Part shown: in pieces, positions 42,608-51,990 of the stretch
Layout: each line of letters starts with the position of its first letter
How positions within the stretch are numbered: position 1 is the stretch's first letter
NCBI GenBank assembly: GCA_030610155.1
Contig: JAUWSG010000003.1
Span: 1-54,934, forward strand
Direction: 5' to 3'
Source of the DNA: Gammaproteobacteria bacterium
Lineage (GTDB): Bacteria > Pseudomonadota > Gammaproteobacteria > SG8-11
DNA length: 54,934 nt
Made by a program: the position numbers and the translations under genes
Notes under the pieces: model-generated
Seen by the model: only the letters and a program-made list of their open reading frames with translations
Databases searched by the model: none
Told to the model about the DNA's origin: nothing

Positions 42608-43165
42608 TTAAACCTTTTCCAGGGTATTTTGATCAGTGTGATGGAAGATGGCGTCATTTACCGGTATCCATAACTGTGTATCTTCTTTATAGCTGAATTT
42701 CCCGTCATCATGCAGGGTGACATCCAGGGTGTACTTCATTGTTTTGTAGGACTCATCCAGGTATTTATTTGATAATATTCCATATGTTTCAGATCCAACC
42801 TCGGCGGATAAATGAAAACTTTTGCTGTCAGCTTCAGCGTCACCACCTGCGTTTACCAGCACCCCACGGGGCACCATAAAGCAACGCATTACCTGTTTAC
42901 GACCTTCATCCCACAACCAGTAACCCACTTCTTCATGAAATCCATCGTCTTCTCCCAAACGCCAGGCCGTCATTGAATAACGCAGGCCATACAATACTTG
43001 AGGGCCATTTGTAACTGGCCCAATTGGTACAAAAACAATTTTTTCGCGGTATTTTGTTTCTTTTTCTTCGCTGTGGATTCTGGAAAAGTCGGTACCTTTA
43101 TCGCCTTCCCATGTTCCTGCTAATGAAGCTAATGGTCCAAGGTTTTTAATAATATCGTCAGTCAT
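42608..43165 (-). CDS. Nitrobindin/FABP-like heme-binding beta-barrel (DUF1794)
   Basis: LGPLASLAGTWEG, FHEEVGYWLW, FHHTDQNTL. Confidence 0.82.
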   Translation of the reverse strand: MTDDIIKNLGPLASLAGTWEGDKGTDFSRIHSEEKETKYREKIVFVPIGPVTNGPQVLYGLRYSMTAWRLGEDDGFHEEVGYWLWDEGRKQVMRCFMVPRGVLVNAGGDAEADSKSFHLSAEVGSETYGILSNKYLDESYKTMKYTLDVTLHDDGKFSYKEDTQLWIPVNDAIFHHTDQNTLEKV

Positions 43166-43223
43166 GTTACCTCCTGTGGGGTGGAGCTTTTACGCCAGGT
43201 CTCACAATTATCGTTTATAATGA

Positions 43224-43628
43224 TTAATTGCTTTCGTCAGTGAAACCGAAGGCTTTGTCATGCACATATACCAGTTTACATTCTTCTATGTATTTGGCAT
43301 CGTGAATTCGACCCGCTTTAATATATCCTGTGTCGCCTTTGTTAAGATAAATCTTCTCGCCATCGGGAACAAGCCCGCTGGTTGATTTGCTGTAGAACTG
43401 GATTGACATTTTTCCTTCAACAACAATTGTCATATCGTCGCCTGGATGTGAATGCGGTGGTTCTTCTGAGTCTGCCTCCCAACGCTCCAGCATTACTTCA
43501 GCGCCGAGCGGGTTGGTAGGGTAAGTTGTTCTCAGGGTAAAACCATGAGGTGTGTCTGGAACGGACACATGATTTTGCCAAATTGCACTGGTATTGCTGG
43601 ATACTTCTTTTGTCGTATCGACACTCAT
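43224..43628 (-). CDS. Cupin domain protein
   Basis: PPHSHPGDD...VEG, GDTGYIKAGRIHDA; ATG 43628 with RBS GGAG. Confidence 0.82.
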   Translation of the reverse strand: MSVDTTKEVSSNTSAIWQNHVSVPDTPHGFTLRTTYPTNPLGAEVMLERWEADSEEPPHSHPGDDMTIVVEGKMSIQFYSKSTSGLVPDGEKIYLNKGDTGYIKAGRIHDAKYIEECKLVYVHDKAFGFTDESN

Positions 43629-43659
43629 AATTGTCTCCGTTGGATTTTTTGTCAGGCGA

Positions 43660-44046
43660 TTATGCTGTAGTTGCTTTTGCTGCAGTCGCTTTTGGATTTG
43701 GCCCATATTGGTTTTCTTCGGGATTACTGTCAGATGCCAGGAAAACAATGAGTATAATGGCGCCTATTAACGGTATAAAGGAAATTAACAGCCACCAACC
43801 ACTACGATTAGTATCGTGAAGCCTTCTTACACCCACCGCAATGCTTGGTACAAGAATGAATAGCGAATATATTCCACTAAAAAGCCCTACTCCAGTTTCA
43901 ATACTGTAAAGGCCTGTTACGCCATCAATGATGGTAAATGCTATGCTGATGAGTATATTAAATAATATAAAGAACCAATATTCTTTTCGTCTCGCGCGTC
44001 CGCTAAATTCGATATAGTTTGTTAAGGCTTTAAGGTACCAATTCAT
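43660..44046 (-). CDS. DUF805 (YhaH/YhaI-like) membrane protein
   Basis: FSGRARRKEYWFF, VRRLHDTNRSGWW, NQYGPNPK. Confidence 0.93.
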   Translation of the reverse strand: MNWYLKALTNYIEFSGRARRKEYWFFILFNILISIAFTIIDGVTGLYSIETGVGLFSGIYSLFILVPSIAVGVRRLHDTNRSGWWLLISFIPLIGAIILIVFLASDSNPEENQYGPNPKATAAKATTA

Positions 44047-44194
44047 GTTTTTCTCCTTGCTTATTTTGTCCTTATTTTTTATTAATTAGACAATTGTACG
44101 CTTTGAGGGTCGGATCTCCCACTCTTCGTTATTGTATTTTATGGGGCTGGTCTTATCCAGCTCCGACCTGTTACAACAATGGTATACTACGCCC

Positions 44195-46093
44195 ATGCTG
44201 AATTTTAAAAATTTGTCTTTGCGTCGCGCTACCCGTGTACTTCTACGTGATGTCACCTGCACGATCCACCAGGGTCAAAAAGTCGGCATAACTGGCGCCA
44301 ATGGTACTGGCAAGTCCAGTCTGTTTGCCCTCATCCTCAATGAGTTACATGCGGATACCGGCGAGTTTTCATTGCCGCCAAAAACCATCATTGCCCATGT
44401 CGCACAAGAAGTGTCCGCTGTCGATACCCCTGCTATTGAATACGTTATGGACGGCGATATAGAAATGCGCGCACTGGAAGAACAAATCGCCCTCGCCGAG
44501 CAGCAGGATGCGGGAGAGCGCATGGCGACGTTATATGCACAAATGGAGAGTATTGATGGTTATCGTGCGCGTAGTCGCGCCGCGGTTTTGATGCATGGTT
44601 TGGGGTTTACCACCGCGCAGGAGATGAATTCAGTACGCAGTTTTTCTGGTGGCTGGCGTATGCGCCTTAACCTGGCGAAAGCCCTGATGTGCCGTTCAGA
44701 CTTGTTATTGCTTGATGAGCCGACCAATCACCTGGATCTCGAAGCCGTGATCTGGCTGGAGGACTGGTTACGCAGTTATCCTGGCACCTTGTTGCTTATT
44801 TCTCATGACCGTGATTTTCTAGATAAAATTGCCACGTACATTGGCCATATCGAGCAATCCGGGCTAACACTCTATAAAGGTAACTATACGTCTTTTGAAG
44901 TGCGGCGCGCCGAAAAGCTGGCGAATCAACAATCTGCTTATGAAAAGCAACAGCGTGAAGTTGCCCATATGCAGTCTTTCATTACGCGTTTTAAAGCAAA
45001 AGCAACCAAGGCAAGGCAGGCGCAGAGCCGTATCAAGGCACTGGAACGTATGGAGTTGATTGCGCAGGCGCACGTCGATTCGCCCTTTGATTTTGCCTTC
45101 AAGCAGCCGGATAAAATACCGGATATGTTGCTGAAGCTGGAGCAGGCGGCGGCAGGTTATGATGGAAAACGCCTGTTAGATAATCTCGATTTGTTAATTA
45201 CCGCGGGCGATCGTATTGGTTTGTTGGGACATAACGGTGCTGGTAAATCAACGTTGATTAAACTGCTTGCGGGTGAATTATCGTTACAGGCCGGCGAACG
45301 GATTGATGCCAAAGATTTAAAAGTTGGTTATTTCGCGCAGCACCAATTGGAACAGCTGGATCTCGAGGCGAGTCCGCTATTGCACTTGCAGCGTCTTGAC
45401 CCGCGTGCAACGGAATCGGTGTTGCGTAATTTTCTGGGGGGGTTTGCCTTTGTCGGTGATGTTGCGACTTCACCTGTGGCGCCGATGTCCGGTGGTGAAA
45501 AAGCGCGCCTGGTGTTGGCAATTCTGGTATATCAAAAACCCAATTTACTTTTGCTTGATGAGCCGACCAATCATCTTGATCTGGATATGCGTCATGCGCT
45601 GAGTGTCGCACTTCAAGACTATGTTGGTGCGATGGTGATTGTTTCCCATGATCGGCATTTGTTGCGCACCGTCACTGACACCTTGTTGCTTGTCGATGCC
45701 GGAAAAGTCGAGCCGTTTGATGGTGATCTTGAGGATTATCGGCAATGGGTAAAAGAATCTCTGAAAGAACAAAACAGCGCTGATGCCAATATTTCAAGTG
45801 GCGTGGTCAATGGTGCGTTAAATAAGAAGCAGCAGCGACAGGATGCTGCCGTAAATCGTAAATTATTACAGCCTTTGCGCAATAAGTTAAAAAAACTGGA
45901 AAAACAGATCGATAAACTAAGTCATGAACGGGATACAATTCAGGCCAAATTGGTGGATAACTCACTTTACGATGAAGGTAATAAACTGCAATTAAAAACA
46001 TTGTTAGCGCAGCAAAACACTGTGTCGCAAACGTTAGCGGGAGTTGAGGAAGACTGGATGATGGCAAGTGAAGAAATAGAGAAGCTGCAGTAG
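44195..46093 (+). CDS. yheS: ABC-F family ATPase (YheS-like)
   Basis: Two ABC cassettes (GANGTGKS, FSGGWRMR, LDEPTNHLD; GHNGAGKS, SGGEKARL), KARQAQSR linker, C-terminal coiled coil; start set at MLNF. Confidence 0.88.
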   Translation: MLNFKNLSLRRATRVLLRDVTCTIHQGQKVGITGANGTGKSSLFALILNELHADTGEFSLPPKTIIAHVAQEVSAVDTPAIEYVMDGDIEMRALEEQIALAEQQDAGERMATLYAQMESIDGYRARSRAAVLMHGLGFTTAQEMNSVRSFSGGWRMRLNLAKALMCRSDLLLLDEPTNHLDLEAVIWLEDWLRSYPGTLLLISHDRDFLDKIATYIGHIEQSGLTLYKGNYTSFEVRRAEKLANQQSAYEKQQREVAHMQSFITRFKAKATKARQAQSRIKALERMELIAQAHVDSPFDFAFKQPDKIPDMLLKLEQAAAGYDGKRLLDNLDLLITAGDRIGLLGHNGAGKSTLIKLLAGELSLQAGERIDAKDLKVGYFAQHQLEQLDLEASPLLHLQRLDPRATESVLRNFLGGFAFVGDVATSPVAPMSGGEKARLVLAILVYQKPNLLLLDEPTNHLDLDMRHALSVALQDYVGAMVIVSHDRHLLRTVTDTLLLVDAGKVEPFDGDLEDYRQWVKESLKEQNSADANISSGVVNGALNKKQQRQDAAVNRKLLQPLRNKLKKLEKQIDKLSHERDTIQAKLVDNSLYDEGNKLQLKTLLAQQNTVSQTLAGVEEDWMMASEEIEKLQ

Positions 46094-46150
46094 GAAATTT
46101 AAATATTATTTTATCGTGATACAGGAGTAGAGGTGTTCAATTTTCTATGC

Positions 46151-46531
46151 TTATTTTGGTTCGACTCTATTGCTTTCATTGAGTCTGTCGGCTATTACAT
46201 TGCAGCCTTCTAGAATTTTGTTTATTTGCTGTGCTGTCATGATCTTCAGATTGTTTTTAAATTTCTCAAGCTCATTGGCGTAAGCGGTACCATTTTCTAT
46301 CTCTTGAATGACAGAGCTATGTTTTTCCCTCCAGCTCGTGTAATTTTTTATAGTGTTAAAATAATAATCAGGTACATGCAGGTCACACGCTTTTTTTATG
46401 ATTAATATGTAGTTAATCTGACGTATCTCTTCGTCGCTATATGATTCGCTATTTCCAGATTCTCCAAATATTACTTGAGGTAGAATAATTAAAAAAATGC
46501 TAAGTATTAAATATTGCGCTAACTTCATCAA
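46151..46531 (-). CDS. Hypothetical exported protein with two Cys
   Basis: Signal peptide, AT-rich ORF; no family recognised. Confidence 0.6.
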   Translation of the reverse strand: MMKLAQYLILSIFLIILPQVIFGESGNSESYSDEEIRQINYILIIKKACDLHVPDYYFNTIKNYTSWREKHSSVIQEIENGTAYANELEKFKNNLKIMTAQQINKILEGCNVIADRLNESNRVEPK

Positions 46532-46581
46532 CCGTTTCTCTGTATTTTGTTAAGTTATATAATATCCGTGTTTCATAAGTG

Positions 46582-46956
46582 CTATTTGTTGTCGCCGCCC
46601 GATATCCATTTAATTGACTTTTCTAATTCATCGAAGGAAAAATTTTTAATTTCCGCGCTGACAAAGTGACTTGCAACATGCTCAGCAAACGCAGCTATCG
46701 GTGAATCAGTGACAAAGGCGATATGAGACACTTTTTTATGATGTTCTTTGATAAATTTTAAATGTGTTATTAATGCTGAAAATGAATCCCATCCGGGGAA
46801 TGCTTTTGTGTGAATTATGATGCCATTTAATTTTCCTGAAGTTTCAATATAGGGGTCAATTATCGCCGCGGCAGATATGAAGTCTTTTTCAGATAATTCT
46901 CCATCAGGCTCGAGGACGGCAATACTTTCAAGTTCGTTCAATTTTACAGTTAACAT
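46582..46956 (-). CDS. STAS/SEC14 (SpoIIAA-like) domain protein
   Basis: PDGELS..DF, FPGWDSFSA, IAFVTD. Confidence 0.85.
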   Translation of the reverse strand: MLTVKLNELESIAVLEPDGELSEKDFISAAAIIDPYIETSGKLNGIIIHTKAFPGWDSFSALITHLKFIKEHHKKVSHIAFVTDSPIAAFAEHVASHFVSAEIKNFSFDELEKSIKWISGGDNK

Positions 46957-47030
46957 TAATCACTCTCCCTGGTTTTTGTGGTTCACTAAATGTTTAAGTG
47001 TGTTTTAGTTTTTTACGTAAATATTCGGGG

Positions 47031-47489
47031 TCAGGCCAGGGATCGATATATCCATGAAAAGGTCTGTTCGGCGATGATTATAACAACGACCACGATGATG
47101 AATGCGACCAGGCCATGTATAGGGCCGCTGAATACAACACTGGAGCCAAAGGAAAAATTTATCGCCTCGAGAATGACCAGTTTTGAGCTGAAGAGTATGC
47201 CCCAGGTTGACAGGCCTCGCAGTATCCTGGCCCTTAAACCGGGTCTTTGTTTAAAGTAGTTGGCAACACGGTGCTCAATTTTGATTGTTACCTGCAACAA
47301 GAACTGAAGTAGTAGTGCGGCGAGCAATGAAATTGTAAAGAATTCTATAAAGACATAATCCCAATATTCATTGAACAGATTGAGCACGGTTAGGTCAATC
47401 AGCACTGCAAGGGTATATTTGAAAAAGAGATGCTGGCGTTTCGACAATGACCTTGCATACTCATTTTCTGAATTTTCGTTTACCGACAA
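47031..47489 (-). CDS. Hypothetical 4-TM membrane protein
   Basis: LIDLTVLNLF.EY, EH, SK.VILE motifs; TTG start with RBS GGGAG. Confidence 0.75.
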   Translation of the reverse strand: MSVNENSENEYARSLSKRQHLFFKYTLAVLIDLTVLNLFNEYWDYVFIEFFTISLLAALLLQFLLQVTIKIEHRVANYFKQRPGLRARILRGLSTWGILFSSKLVILEAINFSFGSSVVFSGPIHGLVAFIIVVVVIIIAEQTFSWIYRSLA

Positions 47490-47541
47490 CTAAGTTTCTC
47501 CCTGAACCATCTTGTGACGCATTTACGTATATTTAGAATTT

Positions 47542-47759
47542 AACGGGGTCTGACCCGAGCAAAAATATAACATATTGATTAAAGAATATATTCAGAAAAC
47601 GATAAGCTAAAAATAAGCCCTGGGGTATTGAAATCAAAGGGTAAATAATCGCTTCAAGGTAAATCATTTGTGTCAGAAATGGATGCAATAATTCATTTCT
47701 CTGGCTTAAAACACCTGACAATCTACTGCCTGCGGGTTTTATTCAGGCCCGACTCCGTT
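47542..47759. repeat. Inverted pair of GGGGTC-family repeats around an AT-rich core (REPIN-like)
   Basis: AACGGGGTCTGACCCGAG and TTCAGGCCCGACTCCGTT match 13/18 as reverse complements. Confidence 0.55.
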
Positions 47760-47817
47760 CATGCTCCATATATATTTATTAATTTAATCATATACTTAAT
47801 CTTCAAATCTCACTTAG

Positions 47818-47875
47818 TTCAACCTTATGGTTGACAATGTGTGAATGCGCATCTATATTAAACCATATGGTTGAA
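47818..47875 (+). promoter_or_regulatory. ArsR-family promoter with two AACC-N4-GGTT operators
   Basis: TTGACA (47831)-17 nt-TATATT (47854); TTCAACCTTATGGTTGAC and TAAACCATATGGTTGAA. Confidence 0.8.
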
Positions 47876-48214
47876 TTAATAGACAAGAGAGTCCTTTCTG
47901 AGATTTTAAAGGCGGTAAGCGATACAACACGTCGCTCGTTGTTAACACAACTCTGCCAGCAAGGACCAAGCCGTGTCACCGACCTGGCTAATTATTACGA
48001 CATGTCACTTAATGCAGTCTCGAAGCATATAAAGATTCTTGAAAAAGCAGGGTTAATCAAAAGAAGAAAAATAGGTAGAGCGCATTGGATTGAAGCAGAT
48101 TTAGAACTACTGGCTGAAGTAGAAGGTTGGTTTGCAGAGCTTAAATCTATATGGGAACTACGGCTGAACAAGCTGGATGAAATGCTAAATAATGGAGATC
48201 AACATCATGACTGA
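47867..48214 (+). CDS. ArsR/SmtB family regulator (SRPBCC-associated type)
   Basis: AVSDTTRRSLL, MSLNAVSKHIKILEKAGLI, W..RL.KL; no Cys/His metal motif. Confidence 0.9.
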   Translation: MVELIDKRVLSEILKAVSDTTRRSLLTQLCQQGPSRVTDLANYYDMSLNAVSKHIKILEKAGLIKRRKIGRAHWIEADLELLAEVEGWFAELKSIWELRLNKLDEMLNNGDQHHD

Positions 48215-48632
48215 TTTAAAAATAAATGTATCAAAAATCATAAATGCACCTATTGAAAAAGTATTTAATGCATGGCTGAACACCAACACATTGTCTAGAT
48301 TTATGCTGCCTATGCCTGGTATGCCTAATCCGAGAACAGAAAGCGACCCCTGTGTAGGCGGGCGTTTTACGATTTATATGCAGGTAGGTGAAGAAGAGAT
48401 TCCGCACACTGGAAAATACCTTGAAATAGAACATCCAACTAAATTGGTGTTCACCTGGATATCACCATTTTCGACTGATGGTAGTACAGTCACCATACAT
48501 TTTAAATCTATCGATGAAAGTACTACTGGTATCGAACTCACACATGTGAAATTTCCTGATGAGGAAAGTCGCGCTAATCATGAAGGTGGCTGGGGTAATA
48601 TTTTAGCTATGCTTGATACAATACTCGGCTAG
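48207..48632 (+). CDS. SRPBCC/AHSA1 domain protein
   Basis: INAPIEKVFNAW, GKYLEIE.PTKLVFTW, HEGGW; overlaps the arsR stop. Confidence 0.9.
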   Translation: MTDLKINVSKIINAPIEKVFNAWLNTNTLSRFMLPMPGMPNPRTESDPCVGGRFTIYMQVGEEEIPHTGKYLEIEHPTKLVFTWISPFSTDGSTVTIHFKSIDESTTGIELTHVKFPDEESRANHEGGWGNILAMLDTILG

Positions 48633-48747
48633 TCAGGGCTATTTTACTTCATATTATTAAATAATTGAGATAAGGTCGCGAGATTCCCATTCAGGTTACT
48701 TTGTTTGTGGGAAACGGGCGGCTTGATCCCGACACTTTCCAGCTTTC

Positions 48748-49302
48748 CTACCACATTAAATCATCAGGTACATTATAGTCGGCATATTCATGGTCTTCAT
48801 CGCTAACTTGTGCTGCCTCATTGCAGAGAACAACAAAGCGGTTGTCACGTTGCATAATTTTATCAGCGACAATTTTTGGAATGAGTTCATATTTTTCGTC
48901 TAGTCTCACTATCGCCAATCGACCATTGACGATCTGTTTATGCAAATCATCGGTCACATAAATCCGTTCGATCTTGTTATCAACTTCAAAGTTATAAGCT
49001 ACTTCATCTTCATCAATAGCATCCTCACCGCCAGATAGTCGATTCATCTCTATCAGTTGCTTGATTTGCATCGCGATGGCCTTTTTATTATCTGCTTCGA
49101 CCTTTTTACGGTTTAATTCCCGGTCATGCTCCGTCTTTGTTAATGTGGTCTGTTTTACCTGCTGTTTTATTTTATCAGCCTCGGAGTTTCTGTTCTTAGG
49201 TTGTTGTTTCGCCTGCTTGTACCTGGACTTGTTGCTCTTATTCACCTTGTCTTTGGACACCAGCCCGGCTTTGAGTAACTGTTCCTGAAAAGCATTTGCC
49301 AT
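48748..49302 (-). CDS. DUF2058 (YaiL-like) protein
   Basis: FQEQLLKAGLV, QIKQLIE, YNF, YADYNVPDDLMW. Confidence 0.9.
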   Translation of the reverse strand: MANAFQEQLLKAGLVSKDKVNKSNKSRYKQAKQQPKNRNSEADKIKQQVKQTTLTKTEHDRELNRKKVEADNKKAIAMQIKQLIEMNRLSGGEDAIDEDEVAYNFEVDNKIERIYVTDDLHKQIVNGRLAIVRLDEKYELIPKIVADKIMQRDNRFVVLCNEAAQVSDEDHEYADYNVPDDLMW

Positions 49303-49343
49303 TATTCAATCTCCAGATGTGGGGGTAGCTCAGTTTGACCCCA

Positions 49344-49826
49344 TCATTTATCCCATACTGTTTTCGTTTTACCGCGATATTTATCCTGCAAGCCATGTAG
49401 AAAATTACGTAAAATCTGGTCTTTACAAACACGGTAGTGTTTATGGCCAGACTTGCGGAAAAAAGCGCTTAATTCGTGTTTGCTGATACTCATATCACTC
49501 AGTTCCAGAATCTCCAATACATCTTCAGCTTTCAGGTCTAAGGCGATTTTTAGTTTCCTGAAAATGATATTGTTATTTAATTGATCCTCCGGTTCGGGTT
49601 GTGCTCCCTCTTTCTTGCCTCGTCGGTCATTAATCAAACCATTAAGGAAGATCGCCAGCTGATTGTCGTTACATTCCTGAAACTCGGGGTCATCGTCCTT
49701 TTTTAACCAGTTACTGATTTGTTCCCGACTTACCTCATGATCAGCGAGACCAAAAATGGTAATCATTTTCGCATCGTTAAAGTCGAAGGCATATCGGATA
49801 CGGCGTAATATATCGTTATTGTCCAT
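49344..49826 (-). CDS. DUF1456 (YehS-like) protein
   Basis: MDNNDILRRIRY, FLNGLI..RRGK, NNIIFRKLKIAL, CKDQILRNFL. Confidence 0.92.
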   Translation of the reverse strand: MDNNDILRRIRYAFDFNDAKMITIFGLADHEVSREQISNWLKKDDDPEFQECNDNQLAIFLNGLINDRRGKKEGAQPEPEDQLNNNIIFRKLKIALDLKAEDVLEILELSDMSISKHELSAFFRKSGHKHYRVCKDQILRNFLHGLQDKYRGKTKTVWDK

Positions 49827-49893
49827 AAATATTATTTACTCTAAATTTTCTTGTATTATAGCGAATTGAGGTCTGTCTTATCATTTTTTATTA

Positions 49894-50193
49894 CTAATTG
49901 GGCAAAAGAGTGGCGGTTCGTATGGAAATACACTCATCTTCTCCCATTTCCAACTCACGGCAAATCTTCGGTCGTTTTTCATAAATTGTGCATAATAGGG
50001 TGTTTCGGTCCAGTGCTGCACACCACCCGTCTTCCAGTCGCGCCATACTCATCCCTCCCCATTTGTCTCTCGCAATAAAATTATCGGGCACACCGGTATC
50101 GGTTATGAGTAATACTTCTAAACGGCAGCAGCAGGCCTCACAGTTTGCGCAGGTTACTTTGGTATCAGGCGGGCTAGTCGTTTGTGTTGTCAT
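49894..50193 (-). CDS. YkgJ family cysteine-cluster protein
   Basis: CANCEACCC, GWCAALD, CTIYEKRPKICR. Confidence 0.88.
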   Translation of the reverse strand: MTTQTTSPPDTKVTCANCEACCCRLEVLLITDTGVPDNFIARDKWGGMSMARLEDGWCAALDRNTLLCTIYEKRPKICRELEMGEDECISIRTATLLPN

Positions 50194-50373
50194 AAATTAC
50201 TTTTCATCTTTGGTGATGCCCGGGGAGGCAGCCATTGCTATTGTAGTATCGAAACCAGTTGATTATCAATTGCTTATTGGGCTTGTTTGAGTTCGACCCG
50301 CTACAAGCCGTTAATATAGGTGCTATGATTAATCCGTATTGCAAAAAAAGTATAACTTAATAGAGGTGGTGTT

Positions 50374-50757
50374 ATGTCGATAGAATGGAAACTTGAAAAT
50401 AACAATCTGATTTTAATCCATGTTTCGGGCAAGCTCGGTATAGAGGAACATCGGCGGGTACTTTCAGAAATAGAATCCATCATACAGAAGGCAGGGAAAG
50501 TAAAACTCCTGATATTGTTAAATGATTTTGAAGGTTGGAAGAACCCTGAGGATTGGGAAAAGGTTGATGAGCTGGAAGGTGGTTCTGCAATGGATCGTAT
50601 GGATCCCCATATAACAAAATTTGCTATTGTCGGCGAAGAGCAATGGCGTGACAGGGTATCATTCTTTACTTTAAAAGGTTTGCGTCCGGTCCCTATTGAA
50701 TATTTCACAGAAGATCAGGAAGAGGCAGCCCGTCAGTGGCTGGATAGTGATTCATAA
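50374..50757 (+). CDS. STAS/SEC14 (SpoIIAA-like) domain protein
   Basis: VSGKL, DFEGW, KFAIVG, YF...EEAARQWL; RBS GAGGT. Confidence 0.85.
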   Translation: MSIEWKLENNNLILIHVSGKLGIEEHRRVLSEIESIIQKAGKVKLLILLNDFEGWKNPEDWEKVDELEGGSAMDRMDPHITKFAIVGEEQWRDRVSFFTLKGLRPVPIEYFTEDQEEAARQWLDSDS

Positions 50758-50868
50758 AGGGCATGGCACTCATAGAGCTAAAACTTACTTATTAATTTTA
50801 TATTGGATTTGTTCGGGGTGGATTGCTATTGCCTGATATGGGGATCAATAAATCGCCTGGGCCTTAAG

Positions 50869-51891
50869 TCAGGATCCGGTTCTTTTTTTCTTACGAAATC
50901 GTTTTCTTTCAGGATAAATTGGAGGCTCACCTTCCGGTCTGGTCTTGAACCGGGTATGCGCCCATAAATACTGCTCAGGTACTTTTTTGACTTGCGTTTC
51001 AATGACCTCATTGATCCGCATGGCATCCTGCACTTCATCACCGACAGGATAATTTTCCAGCGCTGGCAGGATAGTCAGTTTATACCCTTTGTTATTATCC
51101 AGCCGCTGTGTGAAGAAGGGGACCACGAGTGACCCGGACATTTTTGCTATTCTTGCTGGCGCCGTTAAGGTTGCGGCCATGACGCCCATAAAAGGCGCGA
51201 ATACACTATAGCTCAAACCGAAGTCCCGATCTGGCGCATACCATACCGCATTGTTTTCTTTTAAGATTTTTAAAAAGGATCGTATGTCTTCCCGTTTAAT
51301 GGCGCGCGTTATATGTAGTTCACGGGAGCGCTTAAGCATCCTCTCGTATAGAGGATTTTTACTGCTTTTATATATCGCACAATAGGGTTGGTGCATCGTT
51401 AATAAACGTCCACCGATTTCCAGGCAGGTGAAGTGAGCGCTTAACAATATGACACCCTTGCCTTTGTCCAGTGCATTATGCAGGTTCTCCAGACCGTCAA
51501 TATGACACAGTGGTGCCAACTGTTTGTCCGAGCCCCACCAGCATAACGATGTTTCGAAAAAGGTTTTCCCCAGAGAGCGAAAATTTTGCTTCACAAATCG
51601 GCGTTTCTTTTCAGCGGACCATTCCGGGAAAATCAGGTCGGTATTTGTTTCAATCACCGTCCTGTTCCACGGCATTATATAATATAGCAGGCGACCGAGT
51701 GCTGAACCGATATGCATTTGCATTGCGTAAGGCAGCTTTGATACCAGCCACAACAGGGACAAGCTAAATAACACAAGCCAGTAGCGGGGATGCAGGTAAT
51801 TTTTAAACCAAAAAATGTCAGACTGTTTGTTTTTTTCGGAACTCAAGATAGTAAGCTCATTCGTTATTATATCGTTGAAGCTGGACGACAC
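50869..51891 (-). CDS. lpxL: Lipid A late acyltransferase (LpxL/LpxP family)
   Basis: HPRYW, GKGVILLSAHFTCLE, WYAPDRD, PEQYLWAHTRFKTRP; start uncertain. Confidence 0.85.
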   Translation of the reverse strand: MSSSFNDIITNELTILSSEKNKQSDIFWFKNYLHPRYWLVLFSLSLLWLVSKLPYAMQMHIGSALGRLLYYIMPWNRTVIETNTDLIFPEWSAEKKRRFVKQNFRSLGKTFFETSLCWWGSDKQLAPLCHIDGLENLHNALDKGKGVILLSAHFTCLEIGGRLLTMHQPYCAIYKSSKNPLYERMLKRSRELHITRAIKREDIRSFLKILKENNAVWYAPDRDFGLSYSVFAPFMGVMAATLTAPARIAKMSGSLVVPFFTQRLDNNKGYKLTILPALENYPVGDEVQDAMRINEVIETQVKKVPEQYLWAHTRFKTRPEGEPPIYPERKRFRKKKRTGS

Positions 51892-51990
51892 ATTTTGGAG
51901 GATCAGACAATATTACTATATATGCGACTACAATGATGGGGTTAAATCTTAACTTTATTCAAATAATGGGAGGGGCTTAACGGTGTCCTT

